Origin: Isurus oxyrinchus
Lineage: Eukaryota
Direction: 5' to 3'
Assembly (NCBI GenBank): GCA_026770705.1
Contig: JANJGN010000026.1
Span: 39,990,001 to 40,054,000 of the forward strand
Length of the DNA: 64,000 bases
Numbering within the stretch: the first letter of the stretch is position 1; each line of letters starts with the position of its first letter. Made by a program: the position numbers and the translations under genes. Below the pieces are notes generated by a model that made no database searches, was not told the origin of the DNA, and saw nothing but the letters and a program-made list of their open reading frames with translations. This document shows, one piece after another, positions 38,511 through 50,185 of the stretch.

Positions 38511-39050
38511 ATGAAGCTGAGCCTCACTTTAGTGATCATCTCCCTGGATTTCTTACTTTTCCCTCCGTGTTAGTGTGCTCACTATTCCTGACCAGAATAT
38601 TTTATACATCCCTTATGTTGTTTTACATTGTACTTTACTTTATTGCATATCTTCTATTATCTTGTTCTTATTGTGCTATATTATAGTTTATTGTGCTAGA
38701 TAATATTGATTTCATCTTATTACTCTATATCTACATATTCTTCTCAGACTCCACTGACAGTGAAGAAATGTCACAATCTCCCAAGTCAGTGGTTGCTACC
38801 AAAGGAGAAACTTCATCGTTCAGCTGTTCCATTAGAGTAGGAGGACAGATCCTACATTGGTACAGGCAACACCCGGACAGAACCGTGCAGCACCTGGCCA
38901 GTGTTCGGGACAGGATCACAGCTCGGTTGATTGCAGTAGAGAAGAGCAGTGCTCTGAATGTTAGTGACGCTCGAGTGACAGACACCACCACCTATTTCTA
39001 TGCGGTTGGGACACAGTCCAGCAAAGATCAGTAGAGATCGTACAAACACC
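38511..39050 (+). pseudogene. TCR alpha/delta V, open frame but second Cys>Tyr and CDR2 deletion (ORF or pseudogene)
   Basis: Leader MKLSLTLVIISLDFLLFPP (38511-38568, GTTAGT donor); V exon 38748-39011 SEEMSQSPKSVVATKGETSSFSC...LHWYRQHPDRTVQHLASVRDRITAR...TDTTTYFYAVG; CACAGTC+23+ACAAACACC. Confidence 0.88.
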
Positions 39051-39939
39051 TGCCAGCGAGACGCTGACGGATTGTAATCGGTACAGACATCAGAGCGGGC
39101 AGTCTCACTCCGGCTAAACAAAAGCAATAAAGGAGCCTCCACAGTGAGGGTCACAGGGACCTTCCTAAAACACCTAATAACAGCAGCAAAGAAGAAGAGC
39201 TGAGGAACACTTGCGCAATTATATTAGTTGATTTCAACTCGAATTTGTACCATAATCGATTTTCATAAATCAATTTGATCACTTTCATTTACTTATTGCC
39301 TTTTTATGCAGTTTCAGTGCCTGTCTGTAATATTGAACAACCCTTCCCCATTTATACACAATGAACCCAGCTCACCAGGCAGTGACTGTGATGTCTAAAA
39401 CAAACTTCAGATCTCGAGTTCACCCACTGACCATTGAGCTTCAGAATGTTCCTTCAATGCTGGAATATTTTCTGTACCCATTAACAATCCCAAATTTGCT
39501 AGTGATAATGAACAGATCAGGATTGAACTCCACGCCCCCCCACCTCCCCACCCCCCCACCACGCCCATCTCTAAAAGTGCAGGATTTCCCCTATCTGACT
39601 GTAGTCCAGCTCAGGATTTTTCCATTCAATGTCAGTCAGCTCACCACCGAAGGATCTCACGGACCCATGGAGACACAAAGAAGTGAGATGAAAACTACCT
39701 GACACATAGCAGCAAACTATTAAGGGTGGGGATTGGAATGGGTATCTTCAAATCTGATTCTGTCAGTCGGATCGGATTCTGCAGTTTATTCTCTCGGTCG
39801 CTCCTGGAAACAGTTGGGTGACAGTTTGATCTGAGGTTAAAGTGGTTTCCTCTCGGTGTGTGTTTGAGCGGTTGACAGCACCGCTGGACATTCTGGCTGC
39901 ACCTGCCCGAAATTCGATGCAAACCTCAACCGACAAGGA

Positions 39940-40260
39940 TTCCCAGAATGGAGTGAATAGAGTTTCACTAGGAAGGAAATACATATTGAGAAGTAAGATA
40001 ATGATGATGAGCGGACTGAGGGTGTTCCGCAGGATGGTCCTCCTCTGCATTGCTGCAGTCCGGGAAAACCTCTGTCAGAGCAGAAATACTGAGCCCGGCC
40101 CCACTGAACTGCCGGCCCAAACAATGCCAACTAGAACACAGGCAGCATTCGGTCCAATAATAAGGCGGGTCAGAGAGGCGACAGCAAACGGAAGCTGTGG
40201 GCGGGGCTACATCAGGAAGTCTTGTCACACATGGAATCCATTTGTAAGCAGCTGAAGTCA
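39940..40260 (-). pseudogene. Orphan V promoter and leader with no V exon
   Basis: (L)RNTLSPLIIIILLL leader with dead start and donor, homologous to leader regions at 41300-41560 and 57220-57500; joined directly to the downstream module at 39760-39930. Confidence 0.6.
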
Positions 40261-40798
40261 ATAGTATTGTCCCCTTCGAAAATGACATAACTCTGCCTCT
40301 CTATAACAGCTGCGGCACTTTCATATTCATTCCATATTGGGGGAGAGCAGGGTGAGCACCGGCAAGTCAGAATTAGTAAATTATTCAATAATAAAGGGAA
40401 TTATCATTAGCGACTTGGGATAAAACGAGGGTTGTATCTATGGGCAGCTGGATTAGTCTGTGTTAATGTTCAACAAGTATCAATGGTCTGAAACGGTTAA
40501 ACTAAAGACAGGAAGAAGGGAATGTCTGAAATTATTCGTAACGGGTGGAGACAGAGGCTGAGAGAGAACAAGTCGGCAGGGAAACGCATCCAAGGAAAAG
40601 AAAGATGAGTTAAAGCACCATATATCGATTCGTAGTGTTCATTTTTCTTAGGTGTGAGAGTTGAAAACGCACATTGATATTACTGCTGAAGCGATCATTG
40701 TCAGTTCTTGTAAGGGGTTGTGTTTTGGTGCAATTTTAGGACGGTCTCTGTGCCTCCCACTGTGGAGGCATGATTATTGTTTCTATTTATGGGTGTGA

Positions 40799-40817
40799 GA
40801 GCGCCCTCTGCTGAGCA
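40799..40817 (-). promoter_or_regulatory. CTCF-binding motif downstream of V RSS
   Basis: Minus strand TGCTCAGCAGAGGGCGCTC, near-consensus, 22 bp after the nonamer. Confidence 0.78.
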
Positions 40818-40839
40818 CTAACTGGAACTCTCAGTGTGG

Positions 40840-41370
40840 GGTTTTTGAACGGGGTCCACGTCTCTGCAACAGTATGGGCTCTCTGGCGCAGAAATATACC
40901 GCGCTGTCAAAGATCAGGGCATTGCAGATCATTAGCTCGGTAATCTTGGCTGTTTTATTTAACATAGCTGAAAAGCGATCGGTGATGTCGGTGTGTCTGT
41001 ATTGTTTCCCTCCCCGAATGTGAAGCATGTACTGTGGAGGCTGCCCGCGGCGCTGACTGTACCAGTACACATAAGGGTTAGAATCGCTTGTTTTCAAGGT
41101 GCAAGTTAGTGTGACATTACTTTAATCTTCCGCCGTTATTTCAGCAACCGGTTGTTCCACTGTCTCTGGGTGGCTCCATTCTAACATAAAACAATAGCAA
41201 TAACAACAATCAGCATCAGCCTCATTTAAGTAAACATAATCGTCATCAACATCACCATTTTCTTACTAAAAACAACATCTGGGTTACAGCATCAGGAAGA
41301 GAATGGAGTTTTACTGGGAAGGAAGTACTTACTGAGAAGTGATGAGGAGCGGAGCGAGACGGTTCCCCAT
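40840..41370 (-). pseudogene. TCR alpha/delta V pseudogene
   Basis: Leader MGNRLAPLLITS (out of phase), V exon 41180-40877 ETVEQPVAEITAED*SNVTLTCTLKTSDSNPYVYWYSQ...FDSAVYFCAREP; stop at 41124-41122; RSS degenerate (CATACTG+21+TCAAAAACC). Confidence 0.92.
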
Positions 41371-41799
41371 GGAACTTCCTGAGTCTGCAACTGTGCAATG
41401 CAGGAAATTCTCTGCCAGAGCAGAAATACAGATCCCTGTCCCACTGCACTGCTGACCCAACCAATGGCAGGGATGGACCAGCGGCAGCAATCACTCCAAT
41501 GCACAATCGGATCAGAGCAACAGCAGAAAACGGAAACTGTGGGTGCAGACTGAATATTGAATGAAGTGTGCAGTACTCTCAGCTGCACCTGGTACTGCTG
41601 GAGCGGAAATAGCGACGGTTGAATCTGCAGAATTCTCTAACCATCCTGCACCTGCTCACTGTTCAACTGACTGAAACCAAATAAGGTGTTTAGAATCTTA
41701 GAAGAAGGACTGAGTCACGTCTAGACTTTCGTCTCCGCATTTTCCACATAGCCGGATATTCTGCAGTGGTTCCAGCTCTGAACAAATGGCAGTGAAATA

Positions 41800-42115
41800 A
41801 GAACATAAAACATAACATAAGAATATAAGAACGAGCAGCAGGTGTAGGCGATTCAGTCCCTCGAACCTGCCCAGCTATTCAATACGATCATGGCTGATTT
41901 CATTTCGGCCTCAACTGCAATATCCCATCCTCTCCCCATAACCTCTCAACCCATTACTAATTGAAAATCTGTCTATCTCCTCCTTCAATTTATTCAACGT
42001 CCTGGCATACATTGCACTCTGAGGTAGTGAATTCCACAGATTCACTGCCCTTTGAGAAAAGTAATTGCTCCTCATTTATGATTTAAATCTGCCACCCCTT
42101 AGCCTAAAACTATGG
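41800..42115 (-). mobile_element. CR1 3' end fragment
   Basis: (AAGAACAT)n tail and CR1 3' UTR similar to 21085. Confidence 0.7.
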
Positions 42116-42849
42116 CAATGGTATCGGCAGAAACCGGCACAACCTGTAAGTTGGGTAATCAGCAAACTAATAGGACTGAAAATAGTTGAAATCTCAGGAC
42201 GATAACTGGCGGCTGCTGACGCATCTAAGAAGTCCGGTTATCTCAAAATAAGTGGCCTGAGTGCGGAGAGCGCTCTGAGGCCCAGTGTCAGTTAAAAGCC
42301 GAAAACCCGGACAGAAAACTCAGCGAGTATTCACTACTCAGCTAAGTGTTTTTAATGTCTATCTGCGACTTTAGTTTGCTCCCGAGCTCACAGAGAACAG
42401 GAGCTGACAAGTTTATTTTGAAACATTTGTATTGTTGTATTCGGCCTTGTCCAAATCAGCAGAGAGCAGGCCTGGGAAATTTTGAGACTCGACTCCATGG
42501 CCCGAGTTATAGCTCTTCAGTAAATGTCTCGGAGCTTACCCGAACATTTGATGTACCAACAGATGTAGAGAAAGCTCACAGGCATGGAATAACTATAGCA
42601 GACCATTATGGTCTGTTCTCCCACACAGTTAACTCAACGGGATCTTGGGACACTTGGTTGACACCACTTGTTACTGTAACAAAACAAAGAAGGTGTCAAA
42701 GTCTGGAATTGAATTTAACACATGAAATAGACAATGACGCTTTAAATATAGAATTAACAAACAGCATGACCATTATCAGAAAGGGCCGTAGAGAGTACGT
42801 AGTGTCTGGTGTAGACTTCGACAGACAGTAACTGAATTTTAAACGGCTT

Positions 42850-43980
42850 TTCAGGTGAGGAAGTGAGGTGATCGTGACTACCGTTGATATCAAGGCCACA
42901 TTTGATGGATTGTGACTTCAAGGAGCCCTAGCAAAACTGGAGTCAATGGGAATCAGGAGAAAATTCTCCGCTGGTTGGAGTCAAATTAACACAAAGGAGG
43001 ATGGTTGTGGTTGTTGCAGGTCAGTCATCTCAGCTACAGGAGTTCCTCAGGGTAGTGTCCTAGGTCCAACCATCTTTAGCTGCTTCATCAATGAACTTCC
43101 TTCCATCATAAGGTCAGAAGTGGAGATGTACGCTGATGATTGCAAAATGTTCAGCAATTCGTGACTCCTCAGATACTGAAGCAGTCCATGTCCAAATGCA
43201 ACAAGGCCTGGATAATATCCAGGCTTGGGCTGAAAAGTGGCAAGTAACATTCACACCACACAAGTGACAAGCAATGACCATCTCCAACAAGGGAGAATCG
43301 CCTTTGATGTGCAACGGTATTACCACCGCTGAATCCCGCACTAGGCACACCCTGGGGGCTACTATTGACCAGGAACTGAACTGGACTAGCCGTATAAATA
43401 CTGGCTACAAAAGCAGTTCAGAGGCTAGTAATCCTGTGGCAAATAACTCACCTCCTGACACACCAATACCTGTCCACTATCTGCAAGGCACGAGTGAGGA
43501 GTGTGATGGAATAGTCCCCACTTGCATGGATGAGTGGAGCTCCAACAACACCCAGGAAACTTGACACCATCCAGGACAAAGCAGCCCACTTGATTGGCAC
43601 CACATCCACAAACATTGAATCCCTCCACTACGTGGCACAGTAGCAGCAGTGTGTACTATCTACGAAATGCACTGCAGGAACTCATCAAGGCGCCTTAGAC
43701 AGCACCTTCCAAACCCACGACGACTACCACCTAGAAGGACAAGGACAACAGATAGATGGGAACACCACCGCCTGGAATTTCCCCTCCAAGTCACACATCA
43801 ACTTGACTTTGAAATATATCGCCTTTCCTTCACTATCGCTGTGTCAAAATCCTGGAACTCCTTTCCTAGCAGCAGCACGAGTGCACCTTCACCACAGGGA
43901 CTGCAACAGTTCGAGAAGGCAGTACACCGCCACATTCTCAACGGTTATTAGGGACAGGCAATAAATTCTGGCCCAGCAGG
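42850..43980 (+). mobile_element. HER1/CR1-like LINE RT and 3' end
   Basis: [34 protein letters not shown]; tail GGCAATAAATTCTGGCC shared with HE1-like SINEs. Confidence 0.85.
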
Positions 43981-44369
43981 CATCCTGTAAAATTACAATT
44001 CAGCATCGTACAAGATAATACAATATAGCAAAGTCCAGCAGAAGATAACGGATCTGATGAGTGAAATATTGCTGTCAGAAATAGAGATCACCCTCATGCG
44101 TTGGAAAGAGTAAGATATCCAGGAATGTAATCACTAAAGTGAAGCTCAGATTCAGGCGTCGGCTGTTATCGACTTGTATTTACAGGGACAGTCTTACATC
44201 TGTTTTCAGGCAATTGGTGAATCAGAAGATTCAAATCAAGAGAGGGACCTGGCGAAGGCATCGCTGTTGTGTAATCAAACTGAACCCAACATCAATTACA
44301 CTTTGTCTGGAGGACTCGGGTCTCTACGACATGTTATCACAAAGTGAAGCTTTGAGGGAGCTTCAGCAT

Positions 44370-44520
44370 TTATGGAGTGTGGGGGAGAGGGGTGCTCATG
44401 CGTCAGAGTAACCGCCAGTGTGACGTAATTCTGCGGCCTGCATTACGTAGGTCTGTCTGTGTAACATCACCTTGTAAACTTTGTGACGTCATCCGACAGA
44501 CTGCGTGACGTCAGGCTGTC
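44370..44520 (-). promoter_or_regulatory. Orphan CRE-rich V promoter (inverted copy of 38200-38340)
   Basis: TGACGTCA at 44484 and 44506 plus TGACGTAA and TTACGTA; no leader found downstream. Confidence 0.55.
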
Positions 44521-44749
44521 TGGTTTGTGGAACAGAAACATTTTTCCTCGGAGGTGATCTGAATATCGAATCCTGAGTTTAAGGGAAATAAAACAGGAAA
44601 CAGGAACAGGAAAGACGGTTTAACCTGTAGTTTCATTTGGTGGTCGATCTGTCGGTAGGGCTGGAATCTGCAGTTTGTTTTCTCGGCCGCTGTTGGAAAC
44701 AGTTGGATGACAGTTTGATCCGAAATGAATGTGGTTTCCTCTCGGTTTG

Positions 44750-45390
44750 TGTTTGAGCAGCTGACAGCGCCGCTGAACCTTGTGGCTGCACCTGCTCGAG
44801 ATTCGATGCAAGCCCCATCAGACAGGATCTGCCAGACACAGCCCAAAGTACCCGCATGAGACTGATTTTCATCGTAAACTCCGGCTGCGAGTCCTCCTTC
44901 GGACCAACTCGTCAAAGTTAACTTTCTCCACTCAGGGAGAGAGATGTGACTGCCTGAAAGGTGCTGTTGCTATTTTCTTGCCTCAGCAATTGCCTGAAAA
45001 CAGGTGTGAGACTGTCCCTGTAAATACAGCCAGATCGGGGCCAGCCAGTAACAGAATAAAACACAGATCACCCCATGTAGTGTCATAAATGATACTTAAA
45101 GCAGCCACTTCTCTTTCGTCGAAGCAAGTGAGGACAGTAGCTGAATGAAAACATCTCCATGACTCAGATCTGAAATGCATGTGCCAACAGGAAATTACTG
45201 ACTGGAGGGTGTATAAAATTCGGATTGAAATCTTGATTCGGAAATGAGACGAAATGTGTTTGTTCCACAATTACTTGTCATAATTATCTCTCCTCCCCCC
45301 CGCCGCACCCTCCCCCCACCCCCTCCGCCCCCAACCTCCCCCTCACCCCCTCCCGACAACCATTTCAACCTAGATGCTGGGTGGCTGCAT
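44750..45390 (-). pseudogene. Decayed TCR V relic (inverted paralog of 37402-37990)
   Basis: Acceptor TTTCAG|ATCTGAGTCATGGAGAT (exon from 45169); the same internal deletion and DSQPEF fragment as its paralog. Confidence 0.6.
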
Positions 45391-46121
45391 TGTTGCTGCC
45401 CGCTCTGTAAAATGTAAATTTTGATTAGAAGGAACTTGTAATCTTCACCATCAAGTATCTTCTGATGTTTCTCAACATCATCTCACTTCACTTCCTTGTG
45501 TATCCAGTGATGCTTTAAGGTTTGTAGTTGGGAACACGCTGGCAGCGAATGGAAACAACCCGAGCTGAGCTATAGTCAATGCCCTTTCAAGAGGAATGGT
45601 TACATGGTTAGGGACCGGGATGGGACTGGACCCCCTGGTTTAGTTATTACAATTCAGAAGCACTGGTTTGTTAATGGCGTCAGGAAAGGTTTGACACTCG
45701 AAAGGAGAATGAACATTGCGGGAACTCTGTCCTCGGGGCTTGTTTTAAAGAGTGATAACACAAACTGATAAAGTGTCTTCGTTTTCTATAAACTGTTTTT
45801 GAACCAGCAAAATACTCTGGTCAAATAAACACCACGTACAGGCTTTGACAAAAGGGGCCTTGAAGGAGAGAGTGGAGAAGGAGAAAGGGCTGCATAAGAG
45901 TTCAGGCAGGCAATGAAAGATCATCAAAAGACTATATGTGAGTTAGTGCAATACAAATTTATTTGTGGAATTAAATTTTACTACAGTTGCAAGTTAAAAT
46001 CAGCTAATATAATTCCTCAGTTGCTGCTCACCCGTTCTTCAGCGTTGTGTTTGTTTTGATATTTTATTGAAGACTCTCTGACCCTCAAAGGCTGAGTTGT
46101 TGCTTCAGTTTAGCGGTGTGA

Positions 46122-46140
46122 GAGCGCCCTCCGCTGAGCA
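46122..46140 (-). promoter_or_regulatory. CTCF-binding motif downstream of V RSS
   Basis: Minus strand TGCTCAGCGGAGGGCGCTC, 20 bp after the nonamer. Confidence 0.72.
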
Positions 46141-46160
46141 TTAATGGGAAATCCCAGTGG

Positions 46161-46634
46161 AGTTTTTGTACGGCATCCCCTATATCTTTGCAGCAGTGAG
46201 GGTTCCAAGGCACAGAAATACACGGCGCCGTCGGATAGAAGAGCCCCGGTGATATTTAAATGAACCGTTTTGTTTCCTTTGTGCAAAACAGCAGAGAACC
46301 TGTCTGGGAAATCTGGAGATTTATCTATATTCCCTGAGCTATATATCTTCATTAAATATGTCGGAGCTTCCCCGGGATACTGGATGTACCAGAACAGGGT
46401 TGGGGCAGCAGCCGTCGAATAATTACAATCCAGTTTTATGCTCTGTCCTTCCAGGACCTTTAATTCAGGGGAATCCTGGGACACTGAATCTTGACCATTT
46501 ATTCCTGCAACAAAACACAGAATGTATCAAATATCTGGGAGTGAAGATAACACAAGTAACGGACACGACCATTTAAACATTGACTCACCAGGTAGCAAGA
46601 TCATTATTAGCAGCAAAGAACATGGGGAGCACAT
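46161..46634 (-). CDS. TCR alpha/delta V segment, open frame (leader 46634-46589, V exon 46504-~46201), RSS heptamer non-canonical
   Basis: MCSPCSLLLIMILLP|GINGQDSVSQDSPELKVLEGQSIKLDCNYSTAAAPTLFWYIQYPGEAPTYLMKIYSSGNIDKSPDFPDRFSAVLHKGNKTVHLNITGALLSDGAVYFCALEP; nonamer ACAAAAACT; heptamer reads CTCACTG(+24) or CACTGCT(+22). Confidence 0.92.
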
Positions 46635-48019
46635 GGTGACAGGATTAGAGCTCGGAAGAAATAAGATAAGATTTGAGATATGTTGACAAATCTGTTCTGA
46701 TATTAAAGAGGAAATTCAGCTCAGGGGCAGACTTCACCTACTGAGGAACTGAGGGGCGTTTCCCAGCGACAGGATTGGCTGGTCTCTCAGAACTGATGAC
46801 AGTTGGGCACCAATCAGTGTTAGTTTGGGCCGATTATTTCTTCTGAGTTTCTCTTTCTCCCTGTCTTTCTCGGGTTTTCGAGATCTCCCTTGGTCTCAGG
46901 ATCTCTCTGGCTCGCTTTGTCTTTCGGTCTCTGTGGCTGTAACTCCCCTCTGGCTGTTTCTGACCCTCCGTCACACATGCTTTCTCTGCCTCTTTCTCTG
47001 TCACCCGATTTCCCTAATTTCAGAATGCAGAAAATCCAATTTTTCCCAGTCTCCCATTTCAATAAGTTCAGATAAGTCCTCAATCAACAGGAGCAGCTAC
47101 AATAGATAAACTACTTAACTGCAGCTCGGAGGCAGCATTAAAATGGAAACAGTTAAGTTTACATCCCAACTATGGCACGCGTCCTATTCTTTGTCTGTGT
47201 TGATATTTAAGACTCGGCATGCCATCGGGATCTCGGTTGTTTCATTTCGTTAATTAAAGCTTCTTTTAACCAGCAATGGCCGAGGTATTAAAATAAACAA
47301 GGGAACCGCTAGGATTTAAAGTAAAGTTTAAATTAGCTCGCGTGTATAAGTTCACCTGCACTAAGATACATTACAATAATAAGAAGAACTCTAGAAATGC
47401 GACATAATCATGCAACAATATCATGCTCCAGTAATTGCAGTTCCCTGATCGTCTCTGTGCATTCACTGCAGCGGATATGGGCACGGTAACATGGTGGTTA
47501 TGAAACTGCTCTATTAATCTAGGAGGCCAAATGCCTCTCGGAAATTATCCTTTCCCTATCGCCTGCTATCTTATCTTATTTTTCTTTGACTTCCTGGAAT
47601 TCCTGCCTCTCTTTCGAGCATTGTTATTCTCACTATATCCCTTAGATTCCCTCGCTGTCTATGCCGGTTTCTCTCGTTTCGTCTCTCTTCGTTGCTCAAT
47701 CTGTATTGTCTTCATATTTCTGCATCTGTTTCCTTCAATGTGTCTTCATCTATTTCCCTCCCTGTCTCTGTTCTCCCTCATTTCTCTCAGTGTCTCTCGG
47801 ACTGTTTATCTCACTGATTTCTATCATTCCCTTTCCTCCTGTTTATCTCTCCGTATCTTCACCTGTTTTCCTCTCTTTGTCTCCATTTCTATCACAGTCT
47901 CTCCCTCTGATTCACTCGCTATATTTTTTAATTTTTTCTCTTCATTTCTCAGTTTGCATGTCTTCATGTTGCTGCATCTGTTCCCTTCACTGTATCTTAA
48001 ACTTTTTTTACGCATTCGT

Positions 48020-48365
48020 GAGATGTGAGCGTCGCTGGCTGGGCCAGCATTTGTTGATCATCCTTAATTGCCCTTATTCAGCGGGCATTTAAGAGCTGAC
48101 CACATTGCTGCAGGTCTCGAGTCACATATGGGCCAGCCCAGGTAGGGACAGCAGATTTCCTTCCCTAAAGGGCATAGTGAACCAAATGGGTTTTTATGAC
48201 AATCGGCAATGGTTTCATGGTCATCATTAGGCGTTTAATTCAAGGTTTTTTTTAATTGAATTCAAATTGCATCATCTGTTATGGCGATCCCCAGAGCGTT
48301 ACCGAGGGTAAACCTTGGCTCTCTGAATGACTCGTGCAGCGACAATGCCACTAGGCCATTGCCTC
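48020..48365 (-). mobile_element. HE1-like SINE
   Basis: Same core and tail as the other copies; flanked by CT-rich low-complexity DNA. Confidence 0.75.
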
Positions 48366-49333
48366 CCCTAAATCTCTCTCTCTTTCTCATTTCTCTTAAT
48401 GTCTCTCCCTCTGTTATCGCTCTCTGCTTATTTCCATCTCTCTCCTTCAATTGTATCGTTCTCTTCCCTCCTGTTTTTCTCTCTTTATCTCCATCTGCAT
48501 TTACCTCTCTGCCCCTCACTCAGTCTCTCTCCCTCTATCTCCATCTGTGTTTTTGCCATTGTCTCACCCACAGTTTTTGTTCCTGTCTGCCTCTCAATGC
48601 GCTTCTCCCTCTGCCTGTCCCTCACAGACACGTTTGAAAAACAAATATTTAGCCGCCCAGGCGGCCCTCTAGTCCATCGTAATTATTTGATTCATTGAAG
48701 TTATCCAAGTGTTGTTTTTACATTCCATTCCCTGGGGAGTCTTCAGGATTAGATGCCTGTAGCTGTTGTAGAAGAGGAAGTTAGTCGCCACAACAACAGG
48801 CCTCAGAAACTCTCCATTTTATATCAGGACATTCGTTTCCAAAACCAAATGCGGTGTCTAATCATTTTCTGGGCCCGAATTAAATTCATCAGAAAAGGCA
48901 GCCTCAAACCAATTGATGTACTCAGTCCCCATCAGACACAATAGAGGTCCATCCTTGTATAAAAGCAAAACACTGTGGATGCTGGAGATCTGAAACAAAA
49001 ACAGGAAGTGCTGGAAAGACACAGCAGTTCTAGCAGCATCTGTGGAGAGAGAAACAGAGTTAACGTTTCGAGTTCAATGAAACTCTTCTTTGGAATCCCG
49101 AGTTAGGGAGACAATTGTATCTTGATTGATGAGGAAAAGTGAAAAACCTGGCTCCAGAGGGCATGTCAATGGAAAAAATTCCATCGGCGTCAGTTTGCTC
49201 CCTTTCCCTCGCCAACGATATGAAAGATATTTACCATAAAAATATCTTTAATTGTAAATCTCAATGACCCCAGATTAAACCAATTCTCCAGTAATATTCC
49301 TGATCCAACGTGTTCAAGAACCAGGAAAACGCA

Positions 49334-49905
49334 ATGAATGGAATTACAGCTTCACGGTTTTGATTTTAGGTGAGGACTTTGCGGAGAATAGTGTTGCCAA
49401 CAGAACATGTTTCTTCTCATTTGTATCAGCAGCTTTTGATGGAGAGACTGTGATCCACCAGTCACAGCGGATCCTTACACAAGAAGGACAATCGAATGAA
49501 ATGCAGTAAAATGTAATCACCAGAGGCTCTTGAGAGTATTCACTGGCATAGGATACGTCAGAAAAGTGCTCGAAATTTATCATATCGACTGTTATCAGAA
49601 ACATTACAGGCAAACTCTTCAACCTATTCATTTACCCAACAAGAAGTTATAACATTCCCGGTAAGGGCAGCACTGTTGCACGTGGCATTCAAGAGGGCAT
49701 TAGATGATTATTTGAATGGAAATAATGTGTCGGGGGATGGGGAAAAGGCAGGGCAATGGCACCCTTCTGCTCTGCTGACCCAATGAATGGCAATGAGTAA
49801 ATAATGGCAGCAATCTCTCCAGTATCACAGATATCACAGTGGGACTGGCACTCTGTATTACTGCTGTGACAGAGAAACTCACTGCAGAGTTACCGACAAA
49901 GGCAG
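49334..49905 (+). pseudogene. Decayed V relic interrupted by a CR1-type fragment (~49650-49790)
   Basis: Leader remnant with GTGAGG donor; exon from 49430 AFDGETVIHQSQRILTQEGQS, IHWHR; 3' SITDITV..TGTLYYC and RSS-like GACAGAG+21+ACAAAGGCA. Confidence 0.55.
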
Positions 49906-50139
49906 CGAAAAGCGGAACTATCTCTTATTATTCCTGATAACTCTAACACTTCGCAGCAGGTGTGTCCTTCCGAATAAAACCCCCATTTTCCTGCTGATGG
50001 CACTAATCAAGTTATTGTCCTTTGTGAAATGATGGTGGTGTCGTTAGTGGAGGGTCAAACACATTTTTCTTTCCCTCTCATTTCCTACATGGTTCAAATG
50101 TGAATGTTAAATACCCGCCAGTTTGATCTTTCCTGTTGT

Positions 50140-50185
50140 TCTGAGTCATGGAGATTTTGTCACTCAACAGCTGTCCTCAGGAGGA
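50140..50185 (+). pseudogene. 5' V-exon fragment
   Basis: TCTGAGTCATGGAGATTTTGTCACTCAACAGCTGTCCTCA (LSHGDFVTQQLSS) matches the exon start of the 37563/45169/53454 family. Confidence 0.5.

Noticed and set aside
40700-40770. CACTGTG/CTCTGTG with nearby T-rich nonamer-like words, a possible D segment
   Set aside because: Spacings are not 12 or 22-23 bp and there is no opposing RSS.
44130-44250. Independent V gene on plus
   Set aside because: Only a short 3' fragment homologous to the 37690-37760 relic; too little to call.
47120-47400. Possible V relic (ETVKFT..NYGT..L.*Y)
   Set aside because: Similarity too weak; no YxC or RSS.
47531-48700. Long hydrophobic ORFs
   Set aside because: Translation artefacts of CT-rich low-complexity DNA; the same applies at 52270-52745 and 58400-58770.
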